DNA of 64,000 bases from an uncultured Dehalococcoidia bacterium (GCA_964347975.1 CAYGAY010000008.1:35283-99282), one strand, 5' to 3'; positions 17,705-27,496 are shown, counted from the stretch's first letter. Numbers and translations: made by a program. The notes: generated by a model not told the origin, from the sequence alone.

Positions 17705-18565
17705 CTACTCCTGGGCGCGCATTGCCGCCATCGCCGCATCCATCATCACAGCAACCGGGGCCGGGCGTTCCAGCCAAAGCTCGAAAGACGCCGCACCCTG
17801 ATAGACCAGCATTGATATGCCGCCCAGCGTCGGCGCGCCGGCCCGCTCCGCCGCCTGCAATAGCGGGGTCAGCATAGGATTATACACTAGGTCATAGACC
17901 AGGGCGTCAGCGGGTATCTCATGCGCTTCGAGTGGTGATGCGGTTTCATCCGGCCCGTGGCGCATACCCAGAGAGGTGCAGTTGACGATTAGCTCAGCGG
18001 ACGCGACAGCTGGGGAAAGGCGGTCGGGTTCCAGGGGGAGCGCGTGAGCGGGCACACTCCGGTCGGCAGCGAGTTGGGCCAGGGACTCGGCGCGGGCCAG
18101 GGTACGATTGGCGATGTCCAGCCGGCCCACGCCGGCGCGGATCAGGGCTTGCGCCACGCCGCGGGCCGACCCGCCGGCCCCGAGGATGAGGGCGCGCCGG
18201 CCGGCCGGGTCCAGCCCCCCAGACTCCCGCAAAGCCCGCAGAAACCCGTAGCCGTCGGTGTTGTAGCCGGTGAGCCGGCCGTCCCGATTGACGATGGTGT
18301 TGACGGCGCCGGCTTCCGCCGCCCAATCGTCAATGTCGTCAAGAAACGGTATGACGGCTTCCTTGTGGGGTACGGTAACGTTGATACCAAGGACGTTCCC
18401 GTAGCGGAGGGAAGCGACGAACTCGCCCACCAAATCGGGGTGTACCTCGTAAGCGCGATATTGGTACGGGACGGAAAGCCGGTCAAGGGCCGCCTGTTGG
18501 AACAGGGGCGATATGGAATGGCCAATGGGGTAGCCGATAATGCCGAGGGCAGAGTCAATAGTCAT
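17705..18565 (-). CDS. aroE: Shikimate dehydrogenase
   Basis: MTIDSALGIIGYPIGHSISPLFQQAA...NVTVPHKEAV...NTDGYG. Start chosen by family N-terminus. Confidence 0.88.
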   Translation of the reverse strand: MTIDSALGIIGYPIGHSISPLFQQAALDRLSVPYQYRAYEVHPDLVGEFVASLRYGNVLGINVTVPHKEAVIPFLDDIDDWAAEAGAVNTIVNRDGRLTGYNTDGYGFLRALRESGGLDPAGRRALILGAGGSARGVAQALIRAGVGRLDIANRTLARAESLAQLAADRSVPAHALPLEPDRLSPAVASAELIVNCTSLGMRHGPDETASPLEAHEIPADALVYDLVYNPMLTPLLQAAERAGAPTLGGISMLVYQGAASFELWLERPAPVAVMMDAAMAAMRAQE

Positions 18566-18686
18566 GCCGGTTTTGTTCGCGGGTGAAGCTGCTATCGGTG
18601 TTACAGTCGGAACATTGTAGCAGAGAGCAATCGGCCCCGGAGCATCATCGTTCCGGGGCCGCAACGCCTTCACGGGATGGCGCGCC

Positions 18687-19346
18687 TTACTGGACGGTCA
18701 GGTTCATTATTTCCCGGCAGCCCCGCGATGTTACTGGGGTATCCACGCCCGAATCCTGGCCGCGGACGAATATGTCGAATGCCTCGTTGAAGTACGGGAT
18801 AATCAGCCGATATCTGCCATCCTGGTCGATTCTGCCTTCAGCGACCACTTGCCCGTCTCCCTTCTGGCTGCGGGCAAGCACCGGGGTTCCGGCCGGTGGG
18901 ACAGCCCCGCCTATAGTAACATTGCCCCCGACTATGCACGGGGGGCCGTCGGATGGCTGGCGGGCCGGCAGTGCAGTAGGCGGCGGGGTAGCCGTGGGCA
19001 ACGGAACCGGTGTGGCGGTAGGCAGCGGAACAGGCGTAGCGGTGGGCATAGCGGCGCGGGTTGCGGCGATACTGGCGTCAATGGTAGCCTGAATGTCCGG
19101 AGTAGGCGCCGGCGTGTTGGTGGGCGGAACCGGAGTGTCCGTAGGTGGAACCGGGGTTTCCGTGGGCGGAACCGGGGTTTCCGTGGGCGTTGCCGCGCTG
19201 ACCGCCGCGGCGATGGTGGCCGCCAGGTCGGGCGCCTCAGTGGGTTCGGGTTCCTCTTCTCCCCCGAAAAAACAGCCGGTCATAGCGGCGAGCATCAATG
19301 CAGCGGCCAGACCGACAATCGATAAACGGACAATCCTCTGCGTCAT
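18687..19346 (-). CDS. Secreted/lipoprotein with Pro-Thr tandem repeats
   Basis: Signal peptide with AAMTGC lipobox-like site. Repeats TETPVPP x3 and TATPVPLP x2. SD AGGAG before ATG 19346. Confidence 0.7.
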   Translation of the reverse strand: MTQRIVRLSIVGLAAALMLAAMTGCFFGGEEEPEPTEAPDLAATIAAAVSAATPTETPVPPTETPVPPTDTPVPPTNTPAPTPDIQATIDASIAATRAAMPTATPVPLPTATPVPLPTATPPPTALPARQPSDGPPCIVGGNVTIGGAVPPAGTPVLARSQKGDGQVVAEGRIDQDGRYRLIIPYFNEAFDIFVRGQDSGVDTPVTSRGCREIMNLTVQ

Positions 19347-19452
19347 TAAAGGCACTCCTGTCAAACGGCGCACATGGTGCTACCGGAATATTTTGCCATC
19401 ACGGGACCGGATGCGCTTTGACTACTGCGTACAGGTTATGGCAACTTTGGCG

Positions 19453-22149
19453 TCATCGGCTCAGCTGAGCCATGATTTCCTCGATACGTTCTCGTTGCTC
19501 GGTGAGCCTTTGCAGACGTTGACGTTCTTTTTCCACCACTTCGGGCCGGGCTTTTGCCACGAAGTTTGGGTTATCCAACAACTGCCCCACCCGTTCCTGG
19601 TTGCGCCGCGTTTCGCCCAATTCCTTGTCCAACCTTTCGGTTTCGACTTCCAGGTCAACAACTCCCGCCAAGGGGAGACGCACCACCAATGGGTTGACAA
19701 CCAAACTCACACCGGACGTCGCTCCAGAGTCTCCTGTGTCCAGGACGCGCAGCGGTTCCACGCGAGCCAAAGCGCTGATGACATCCTTTTCCTCCGATAC
19801 GACGGACATCATCCCATTGGTTTCAATTGCGGCCTCCAACTTTTGCCCGGCCGGTATTCTCAGTTGCGCGCGCATATTACGGACAGCGCGGATAGTTTGC
19901 ATCACAACTTCCACTTCGAATTCAGCGTCAGGCGCCGGGCGCGGAGAATCGACTTGGGGATACGGCGCGATCATTATGGAGGACGCCGCGCCGCCATCGG
20001 GCGCGGGCGCCTGTGTCATGAGATTTTGCCAAATTTCTTCGGTGACGAAGGGCATGAACGGATGGAGCAGGCGCAACGAACGCTCCAGCACGTGAACGAG
20101 GGTCGCCGCGACCCCGCCGGGTTGTTCGCCGCGCAGGCGGACCTTCGCCATTTCTATGTACCAATCGCAGAAGTCGTTCCAGATGAAATCATAAAGTCTC
20201 TGCTGGGCCTCGCCCAGTTCGAACTGCGCCAAATTTTCGTTGGCGCTTTCCGTTAGAGCATCCAGGCGGCTTACGATCCAGCGGTCTTCCCGGTGCTGGG
20301 GGGCTGGCAATTCGTACCAATCGGACAGATCATCGCGGCCTGCGATGGCATTAATGACGAAGCGGGCCGCGTTCCAGATCTTGTTGGCGAAGTTGCGAGC
20401 CGACTCCAGCTTGTCGTCGCTGAGGCGGAGGTTATTGCCTGGAGCAGTCCCCGTGGTCAGAGCGAACCGCAACGCATCAGTGCCGTACTGCTCCAGCAAA
20501 TCCAGGGGATCCAGCGTGTTCCCACGGGTCTTGCTCATCTTCTGCCCCTGGGCGTCCAGCACCATGCCGTGCAGATAGACGGAGCGGAAGGGGACATCGC
20601 CGGTGTTTTCGATGCCCAGCATGATCATGCGGGCCACCCAGAAGAACAGGATGTCATAGCCGGTCTCCAATACGGTGTTGGGGTAGAAATAATCCAGATC
20701 TGCGGAGCCGGTGTCCGGCCACCCCAGCGTCGAATGGGGCCACAACCCGCTACTGAACCAGGTATCCAGGACGTCGCTTTCCTGCTCGATGGCACCGCTG
20801 CCGCAGTCGGGGCAGACGTCCGGGTCTGCAACGTGAGCGGTCCGGCTGCCGCACGATGCGCAGTACCAGACCGGGATGCGATGGCCCCACCAAAGTTGGC
20901 GGCTGATACACCAGTCGCGAATGTTCTCAAGCCAGTTCAAATAAACCCGGGCGAATCGCTCCGGCACTATTTCGATGTCGCCATTGACCACGGCGGCATA
21001 AGCGCTGCCGGCGATGGTTCCCGGCTGGTCGTGATTGCCGACATTGAGGAACCACTGGAGGCTGATAAGGGGTTCCACCACTTCGTTACAGCGTTGGCAG
21101 TGGCCGACGGAGTGGTGGTAATCCTCAACTTTTTCCAACGCGCCGGTGGCCGCCAACTCGTCCACCACGGCGGAGCGGGCGGCGAAGCGTTCCATGCCGG
21201 AATATTTGGAGCCGGCCTCGTCGGTCATACAGCCGTCGAATCCGATGACGGTGACGATGGGCAGGTTGTTACGCTCGCCGATTTCAAAGTCCACCAGGTC
21301 GTGTCCCGGCGTGACCTTCAGGGCGCCAGTTCCGAACTCCATCTCAATGGCAGTATCGCCAACCACTGGGATGAGCCGCCCCGTGATAGGAAGCAACACC
21401 GCCTTGCCGACCTTGGCGGCATAACGGTCATCCTCAGGATGAACGGCAACGCCGGTATCGCCCAACATGGATTCCGGGCGGGTAGTGGCAACGGTTATGC
21501 AATCGGTATGATCATCGGCCAATGGGTAGCGGATGTAGTAGAGCTTGCCATCCTGCTCCTCGTAGTCCACTTCCAGATCGGACAGAGCAGTGGCGCAGCG
21601 CGGACACCAGTTGATGATCCGCTCGTGGCGATAGATCAGCCCCTTGTTGAAGAGGTTGACGAAGGTGGTGCGGACCGCCCGGACGGGACCCGGATCCAAG
21701 GTGAACCGGAGACGGGACCAGTCGCACGACGCGCCAAGTCGCCGATGCTGTTCGTCGATGGTGTTTCCATATCGGGCCACCCAGTCCCAGACCCGTTCCT
21801 CGAACTTCTCGCGGCCCAGTTCATGGCGGTTGGTGCCTTCGGCGGCAAGGGCGCGCTCAACCACCCATTGGGTGGCGATGCCGGCGTGGTCTTTTCCCGG
21901 TAGCCAAAGGGTGGGATCGCCGCACATCCGGTGCCAGCGGGTAAGGGAGTCCTGGAGGCTGGCGGTGAGTGCGTGTCCCAGGTGCAGCTCGCCCGTAACG
22001 TTGGGCGGCGGCATTATTACGCAGAAGGGCTGCCGGTCAGCGTTTACGCGCGGTACGAAGTAACCCGAATCCCACCAGTTTTGATAAATGCGTTGTTCGA
22101 CGGATGCGGCATCATAGGCGCGTGGCATCGCAATGGCAGGCTGAGTCAT
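19453..22149 (-). CDS. valS: Valine--tRNA ligase
   Basis: PPPNVTGELHLGHAL (HIGH) and KMSKTRGN (KMSKS), with a C-terminal coiled coil. Start set at MTQPAIAMPRAYDAASVEQRIY. The track ORF adds 80 implausible residues. Confidence 0.92.
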   Translation of the reverse strand: MTQPAIAMPRAYDAASVEQRIYQNWWDSGYFVPRVNADRQPFCVIMPPPNVTGELHLGHALTASLQDSLTRWHRMCGDPTLWLPGKDHAGIATQWVVERALAAEGTNRHELGREKFEERVWDWVARYGNTIDEQHRRLGASCDWSRLRFTLDPGPVRAVRTTFVNLFNKGLIYRHERIINWCPRCATALSDLEVDYEEQDGKLYYIRYPLADDHTDCITVATTRPESMLGDTGVAVHPEDDRYAAKVGKAVLLPITGRLIPVVGDTAIEMEFGTGALKVTPGHDLVDFEIGERNNLPIVTVIGFDGCMTDEAGSKYSGMERFAARSAVVDELAATGALEKVEDYHHSVGHCQRCNEVVEPLISLQWFLNVGNHDQPGTIAGSAYAAVVNGDIEIVPERFARVYLNWLENIRDWCISRQLWWGHRIPVWYCASCGSRTAHVADPDVCPDCGSGAIEQESDVLDTWFSSGLWPHSTLGWPDTGSADLDYFYPNTVLETGYDILFFWVARMIMLGIENTGDVPFRSVYLHGMVLDAQGQKMSKTRGNTLDPLDLLEQYGTDALRFALTTGTAPGNNLRLSDDKLESARNFANKIWNAARFVINAIAGRDDLSDWYELPAPQHREDRWIVSRLDALTESANENLAQFELGEAQQRLYDFIWNDFCDWYIEMAKVRLRGEQPGGVAATLVHVLERSLRLLHPFMPFVTEEIWQNLMTQAPAPDGGAASSIMIAPYPQVDSPRPAPDAEFEVEVVMQTIRAVRNMRAQLRIPAGQKLEAAIETNGMMSVVSEEKDVISALARVEPLRVLDTGDSGATSGVSLVVNPLVVRLPLAGVVDLEVETERLDKELGETRRNQERVGQLLDNPNFVAKARPEVVEKERQRLQRLTEQRERIEEIMAQLSR

Positions 22150-22523
22150 CGTACCGTCCCAACAGCCGCCACCGAAAGATGGCGCGGAGTGAAGAATGTC
22201 CGGCGGGTTGGCTGCATTTGATTTTCTTCTCAAAAATGGTACATCCTGCCCGTTGGCTTGTCCATATGGAGTCATGCTCAAGCGCGCAGCGAGGCTGGTT
22301 ATGGGTGGGGAAGCGCACCAGGGGGATGGTAGAGGAACCGGGAAGCTGAAACGGCTCAGATTCGGATTGGGCGTACATTGCGGTTGCAATTTATATCCGG
22401 TATAAGTATTATTAGGCAGGCGTATTGTGGGGAAAGTGCTTCACGCTAGAAACCGAGTACCTGCTCGACCTATGCGGTCGCTACAAGATCGACCGTCAGA
22501 AAGAGTAAGGAGCAGCTGAACTG

Positions 22524-23624
22524 ATGGTAGCCCAGGACCCGAACGTAGTTGATGTCACCGATATGTCGCAGCTTCCCGAGTCGGCGTTTTCGCCCCGGGA
22601 ATACCGCAGGGGCGACCTGGTGACCGGGGAAATCGTACGCATTGATGACGAAGGAATGGTTATCAGCGCCGGCCTTAAAACCGAGGGCATCGTCCCGCCG
22701 CAAGAAATGCGCACGTTAACCACAGAGAAGCGGGTGCAAATGCAGCCTGGCGCGAGCGTGATAGTTATTCACCTGAACAACCGCGGGCCAGGGGGTATGG
22801 CGGTATTTTCCTACGACCAGGCGCAGGAAAAACAGGTCTGGGAAGACCTCATTGAATTGCACCGCAACGATTCCGAACTTGCGGCCAAGGTGGTTCAACA
22901 CAATAAGGGCGGTTTGGTGGTTGACTGGAACGGTGTCCGCGGGTTCGTGCCCTTTTCCCAGATGGCTCCCGTTCCCAAAGAAGGCCGGATTGAGCATCTG
23001 GATGCGCGGATCGGCGAAGATGCGCGCTTCAACATCCTGGAGCTGGACGCCCAGCGGGAGAAGCTGGTGCTGACGGAACGCCGCATCTGGCGGCAATTGC
23101 GAAATGCTGCCAAAGAGCGTCTCCTGGAAGAACTGCAGGAAGGCCAGATCGTCCAAGGCACCGTGCGCTCCATGCGCGGTTTTGGCGCTTTCGTTGATCT
23201 TGGCGACGCCGAAGGTCTGGTTCCCATCTCAGAGCTATCCTGGTCGATGGTCAAATCTCCCGAAGAAGTGGTCAGCATCGGCGACAACCTGACGCTGAAA
23301 GTCCTCAGGGTTGACCGGGAGAACAGCAAGATTTCACTGAGTCTAAAGCGCACTCAACCAGAACCCTGGGACACGGTGCCGGAACGGTACCACGTCGGCG
23401 ACATCGTCGATGGGACGGTCACCCGGCTGATGGACTTTGGCGCTTTCGTGAAGCTGGAAGACTGGGTAGAGGGCCTGGTGCATATCTCGGAGCTCTCGGC
23501 GCGCCGGATGGAGCACCCTAAAGAGATCGTTTACCAGGGTCAGCAGATCAAGGTGCAGATCTTGAGCATCGATACCGAGCGCAAGCGGATGAGCCTGAGC
23601 TACCGCAGAGTGTATGGGCTGTAA
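22524..23624 (+). CDS. rpsA: 30S ribosomal protein S1 (four S1 domains)
   Basis: Repeated S1 motifs: GDLVTGEIVRID, GFVPFSQM, GQIVQGTVRSMRGFGAFVDLG, GDIVDGTVTRLMDFGAFVKL. Confidence 0.88.
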   Translation: MVAQDPNVVDVTDMSQLPESAFSPREYRRGDLVTGEIVRIDDEGMVISAGLKTEGIVPPQEMRTLTTEKRVQMQPGASVIVIHLNNRGPGGMAVFSYDQAQEKQVWEDLIELHRNDSELAAKVVQHNKGGLVVDWNGVRGFVPFSQMAPVPKEGRIEHLDARIGEDARFNILELDAQREKLVLTERRIWRQLRNAAKERLLEELQEGQIVQGTVRSMRGFGAFVDLGDAEGLVPISELSWSMVKSPEEVVSIGDNLTLKVLRVDRENSKISLSLKRTQPEPWDTVPERYHVGDIVDGTVTRLMDFGAFVKLEDWVEGLVHISELSARRMEHPKEIVYQGQQIKVQILSIDTERKRMSLSYRRVYGL

Positions 23625-23653
23625 TCGGACATTTTTCCGAAGCTGACTCCCCA

Positions 23654-23694
23654 AGCAAGCGGGGCGACTTAAACGGTCGCCCCGTTTGCTTTTA
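23654..23694. terminator. Bidirectional terminator (15-bp stem)
   Basis: AGCAAGCGGGGCGAC-TTAAACG-GTCGCCCCGTTTGCT followed by TTTT. Lies between convergent genes. Confidence 0.75.
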
Positions 23695-23708
23695 CGCGTC
23701 GACTCGCT

Positions 23709-24509
23709 TCACTGACGGTGGCCGGTGGACATCAGAACCGGAGCGGCGCCATCCGGGACGTACAAAGGGCCGGCCGCGTCCTCCGGTCCACCCCGACGCA
23801 ATTCGCTCAATCGCTCCAGTCCCCGACGGGTATCGCTGGCGACGCGGGCGGGATGCCACATCCGGACGCGCCGTTTGAACGACCAGTAGGTGAACTCATA
23901 CCAGCCGGCCAGAGATATAGTTTCCGGGTCATCACCCCATTGCCCGACGGTCTCCGCCAGGAATTGGCCCGCAAGTTCGGCGCGGTTCGCGCCGTACAGG
24001 TGCTGGCAGGCTTCCTCAACCACCTTTTCGCTGTCCCCGTAGCAACGGGCTATGCGGCTCTTCCGAATGTTCTCTTCCACCGCCAGTTGCAGAGCCTCTT
24101 CCACCACCACTCCGTACCAAAAGTTGAGGTGGGCTGTGTACCGGTACGGGCCCACCAACCGGCGGAACTGATCGGCGCTGAGGTTCCCGGGCAGCCGGCC
24201 AAGAAAGAGCAGCCTCTCAAGTTCTTCGGCAGGGATAACATCAGGGATGGCCAAGCACAGCCGTTGGGCCAGCGTTAGCCAATCCAAAGCCTCGCCGCCG
24301 ATTATGTAATGCCAACGGCGCCCGGACACCACTTCGTCCGGCAACTCCCATTCGCCGATGGCGCGCAGCACGGCAATGTGCCATGGCTCGACACGCTGGG
24401 CGCGGGCTTGCAGGCGTTCGACGGCATCTTGGGCGGCGGGAAGCTGATCCGCAGCGTCGGGTCCGGTAAAGACCAGCGCAGCGGCGCATCGATCAACGGC
24501 GCTACTCAT
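23709..24509 (-). CDS. Hypothetical protein (266 aa), translationally coupled to polX
   Basis: ATG overlaps the polX stop by 4 nt (24506-24509). Balanced composition. No motif recognised. Confidence 0.6.
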   Translation of the reverse strand: MSSAVDRCAAALVFTGPDAADQLPAAQDAVERLQARAQRVEPWHIAVLRAIGEWELPDEVVSGRRWHYIIGGEALDWLTLAQRLCLAIPDVIPAEELERLLFLGRLPGNLSADQFRRLVGPYRYTAHLNFWYGVVVEEALQLAVEENIRKSRIARCYGDSEKVVEEACQHLYGANRAELAGQFLAETVGQWGDDPETISLAGWYEFTYWSFKRRVRMWHPARVASDTRRGLERLSELRRGGPEDAAGPLYVPDGAAPVLMSTGHRQ

Positions 24510-26302
24510 GAACCTGATTCCGAAACCCTGGACGCGACCATGGCGTCAAAGCGAAGCGTTCGCTGGGCTTTGGGAGACTGGAGCCAGGCCAGGAACTCGC
24601 CAGCCGGATACGTGTTGAGGACATGCTCCGGGCCGCACTGAGCCCGCCGCGCTACGGCGATGCCGAATCGCCGGTTGGTCAGGCCGTCAGTATGGTGAGA
24701 GTCCGTGTTGATCACCAGGGGCACTCCCAACTCCCGGGCACGGGCGGCATTGGTGTCTTTCAAATCCAACCGTTCCGGAGCGGCGTTGATTTCCATGGCC
24801 GTTCCGGTGTCACGGGCGGTTTGGAGCAGGGCTTCGATATCGAAATCCACCGGGTCGCGGCGACCCAGCAGTCGGGCTGAAGCGTGGCCGATGGCGGTGA
24901 CGTGAGGGTTCTCCATAGCGCGGGTGATGCGCCGGGTCATCGTGTCGCGGTCCTGGCTCATGGCGTTATGCACCGAGGCGATCACCCAATCCAGCATGGA
25001 CAGCACATCATCGGGGAAGTCCATCGCTCCGTCGGCTCGGATGTCCACCTCGGAACCGCAGAGGATGACCATGTCATAACGATCCTGCAAGCTCCGGAGG
25101 ACTTCGGTTTGCCGAGCGAGCCGATCCGGGGTCAGACCGTTGGCAACTCCCAGCCCCTGCGAGTGATCCGTCAGCGCCATGTATTGGTATCCCATATCGG
25201 CAACGGCGGCTACCATTTCTTCCAGGGAGAATTTTCCGTCGCTCCAGTCACTGTGGAGGTGCAGGTCGCCCTTCAGATCGGATTCGGTCACCAAGTCGGG
25301 CAGATTGCCGGACCGTGCCAGATCCAGTTCGTCGGCGCCCCGCCGCAACTCCGGCGGAATCCAGGGCAGTCCCAAGCGGGCGTAGAAAGATACTTCGTCC
25401 GGGAACCGTTCAACCTCGCCGCTTTCCATTACGGTGATACCGTACTCGTTCAAGGACAGTCCTTGCCGGTTGGCGTAGTCGCGCAGACGGATGTTGTGCT
25501 GTTGACTGCCGGTGAAATACTGGAGCATTGCGCCCAGGCTGTCGGGATCTCCGGCACGGAGGTCGATCTGGATGCCCGGGTCAACGACCACGGACGTTTT
25601 GGCGTCGCCATGCGCCAACACCTCGCGAACGGCCGGCAAGGAAGCCAACGCCGGCCCGGTTTCGGAAGGGTTGTCGGAGATCGCTATCAGGTCCAGATCA
25701 CCGATGGTTTCCTCCCACCGGCGAAGAGAACCGGCCGGGGTCAGGCTCACCAGGCCTGGGCAGGCATCAAACAACTGGGCCGACACCGCGGCGCACGTCT
25801 CAGATGCAATTCCCAGGGGAGTCCGGTCGGACCGCATCCGTTGGGCGCGTATGTGGCGCAGGATGTTTTCGACGGAACGCTTGCCCATCCGGGGCAGTTG
25901 GGCCAATCGTCCGTCCCGCGCCGCCTGTTCCAGCTCGGCCACCGATCCGATGCCTAGTTCATCGACGACTGCCTTGACGGTCTTCGGACCCATTCCCGGA
26001 ACTTCAAGCAACTCCAGTACGTTGGGCGGCAATTCCTCGGCGAGGCGGTCGTAAGCGGCGACATGGCCGGTGGCGACGTACTCCTGCACCTTTTCGCTGA
26101 TAGCCTTGCCAACGCCCGGTATCTTGCGGAGGTCGCCCCCCGCCGCCGCGGCAGCGGCCAGTGACCAACTCAGCTGTTCTATCGTATTGGCGGCCCGCTG
26201 GTAGGCGCGGATCTTGAACACCGAATCGCCTTTGATCTCCAGCATCGCGGCCATGTTGTTGAACAGCCGGACAATTTCATCGTTGCTGATCGGGGTAGTC
26301 AT
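24506..26302 (-). CDS. polX: DNA polymerase X family protein with C-terminal PHP domain
   Basis: N-terminal HhH/pol-beta-like region (FKIRAYQRAANTIE, GVGKAISEKV, GDLDLI). PHP motifs: GDLHLHSDWSDG and INTDSHH. Confidence 0.88.
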   Translation of the reverse strand: MTTPISNDEIVRLFNNMAAMLEIKGDSVFKIRAYQRAANTIEQLSWSLAAAAAAGGDLRKIPGVGKAISEKVQEYVATGHVAAYDRLAEELPPNVLELLEVPGMGPKTVKAVVDELGIGSVAELEQAARDGRLAQLPRMGKRSVENILRHIRAQRMRSDRTPLGIASETCAAVSAQLFDACPGLVSLTPAGSLRRWEETIGDLDLIAISDNPSETGPALASLPAVREVLAHGDAKTSVVVDPGIQIDLRAGDPDSLGAMLQYFTGSQQHNIRLRDYANRQGLSLNEYGITVMESGEVERFPDEVSFYARLGLPWIPPELRRGADELDLARSGNLPDLVTESDLKGDLHLHSDWSDGKFSLEEMVAAVADMGYQYMALTDHSQGLGVANGLTPDRLARQTEVLRSLQDRYDMVILCGSEVDIRADGAMDFPDDVLSMLDWVIASVHNAMSQDRDTMTRRITRAMENPHVTAIGHASARLLGRRDPVDFDIEALLQTARDTGTAMEINAAPERLDLKDTNAARARELGVPLVINTDSHHTDGLTNRRFGIAVARRAQCGPEHVLNTYPAGEFLAWLQSPKAQRTLRFDAMVASRVSESGS

Positions 26303-26352
26303 GCTCCACACGATACCACCAGCCTCACGGGGCGGGCAAGACAGTACAAGGG

Positions 26353-26557
26353 CTCATACATGCCCACTTTAACCGGTCATTCCACGACCGCCGCAGGCGG
26401 GCGATGGAATCTCGTTCCGGCGGTCGCCGCTTTCTGTTGCGAGAGCCTTGACGGAACGGCCATTGTTACGCCAGCGAGATTGCCGCCCCCGTATCAAAGC
26501 CGGCCCCGTGCCTGACACGGGGTACGGGGTCGCAATGACAAAGTGGGTACGCGTGAG
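26353..26557 (-). repeat. MITE-like composite intergenic repeat, copy M1 (with extra hairpin module)
   Basis: Reverse complement aligns almost base-for-base with 32928-33098. Ends CTCATACATGCCCACTTT...AAAGTGGGTACGCGTGAG. Carries an extra block CCCCGTGCCTGACACGGGG. Confidence 0.8.
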
Positions 26558-26746
26558 GGTACAAGCGTCCGGTTTGACGTTGATAGGTACTCCCGATACG
26601 ATGTAAAGGCCATGCGCAGCCCTTCCGCTCTTATCGCCGTCTCCACACCGACGCTGCCCGGCGCGTTGGCTGACTTGATTTTGCCGGGCTCTGCCGGCGC
26701 GCGCCGCGTAAATCCCCGCCCGCCGGAGAACTGACGGTAGCTTGCA

Positions 26747-27433
26747 ATGGACATCTACTGGTTGGGACACGCCTGTTTCCGGCTCCGGTCGGCGAACTCC
26801 GGCCTCTCCATTCTCACCGACCCATATCCCTCAGGTATCGGCGGACTGGGCGTGCGCATGGACCCGAGGCAGATCGTGGACGTGGCCGCAGTTACCATCA
26901 GCCACGACGCCCCCCTGCACGACGGCGCCGGCGACCTGGATGGCCGACCCCGTGTTTTCGATGCCCCCGGCGAGTATGAGTTTCAGGGTATTACTATCCG
27001 GGCGGTGATGACGCCCCTGTCAGAGGGCACGCCCCGCAGCCGGCGCAACGTGGCTTACGCTATAACTATCGACGGTATCTGCATCTGTCACCTGGGCAAC
27101 ATCAATCAGCCATTGACCGCCCCGCAGATCGATCTAATCGGCCCAACGGACGTCGTACTGGCCCCGGCCGGAGGTTCCGACCACGATTTGCTGCCCTACC
27201 GGGCCATTAACCAGACGGCGCAACAGCTGGATGCCCGTTGGCTGATCCCCATGCACTATCGAGGCCCCGGCGAGCCTTCTGCCGTGGAACCGGACGGCGC
27301 CGGCGCATTTCTGCGCGAGTTGGGCGTGGCCGACGGGACCTTGCAACCACAGGGCCGGATGCAGGTCACGCGGAACAACCTTCCGCCAACGCTGCAAATC
27401 GGATTGTTGACGCCACAATACCGAACGCAGTAA
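26747..27433 (+). CDS. MBL-fold metal-dependent hydrolase
   Basis: MDIYWLGHACFRL... UPF0173-like layout. The His motif is degenerate (TISHDAPLHD). Confidence 0.65.
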   Translation: MDIYWLGHACFRLRSANSGLSILTDPYPSGIGGLGVRMDPRQIVDVAAVTISHDAPLHDGAGDLDGRPRVFDAPGEYEFQGITIRAVMTPLSEGTPRSRRNVAYAITIDGICICHLGNINQPLTAPQIDLIGPTDVVLAPAGGSDHDLLPYRAINQTAQQLDARWLIPMHYRGPGEPSAVEPDGAGAFLRELGVADGTLQPQGRMQVTRNNLPPTLQIGLLTPQYRTQ

Positions 27434-27496
27434 CGGGAAACCTCAACTCCCACACCGGAGGCTCGGTGTATAATGCCGCCACCGGGAGGTGACGCC

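Noticed and set aside
16310-17815. 501-aa plus-strand ORF
   Set aside because: It lies antisense to aroC/aroE, which carry unmistakable family motifs. Its composition is Gly/Arg/His/Val/Asp-rich low-complexity, typical of shadow ORFs in GC-rich DNA.
18990-19200. Short tandem nucleotide repeats that might look like a repeat array
   Set aside because: They encode the TETPVPP / TATPVPLP Pro-Thr repeats of the lipoprotein (in-frame, minus strand). They are not CRISPR or a non-coding array. No CRISPR repeat-spacer structure exists anywhere in the window.
20293-21903. 536-aa plus-strand ORF
   Set aside because: Antisense shadow of valS (HIGH and KMSKS motifs on the minus strand). No motifs of its own.
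24884-25957. 357-aa plus-strand ORF
   Set aside because: Antisense shadow of polX.
26369-26770. ORFs across the MITE-like repeats (26369..26770 -, 32883..33260 -, 36695..36958 +) with recurring peptides such as RNEIPSPACGGRGMTG and RYARNDK
   Set aside because: The shared peptides arise because the same non-coding repeat is translated. The repeats sit in different orientations relative to flanking genes and have hairpin structure.
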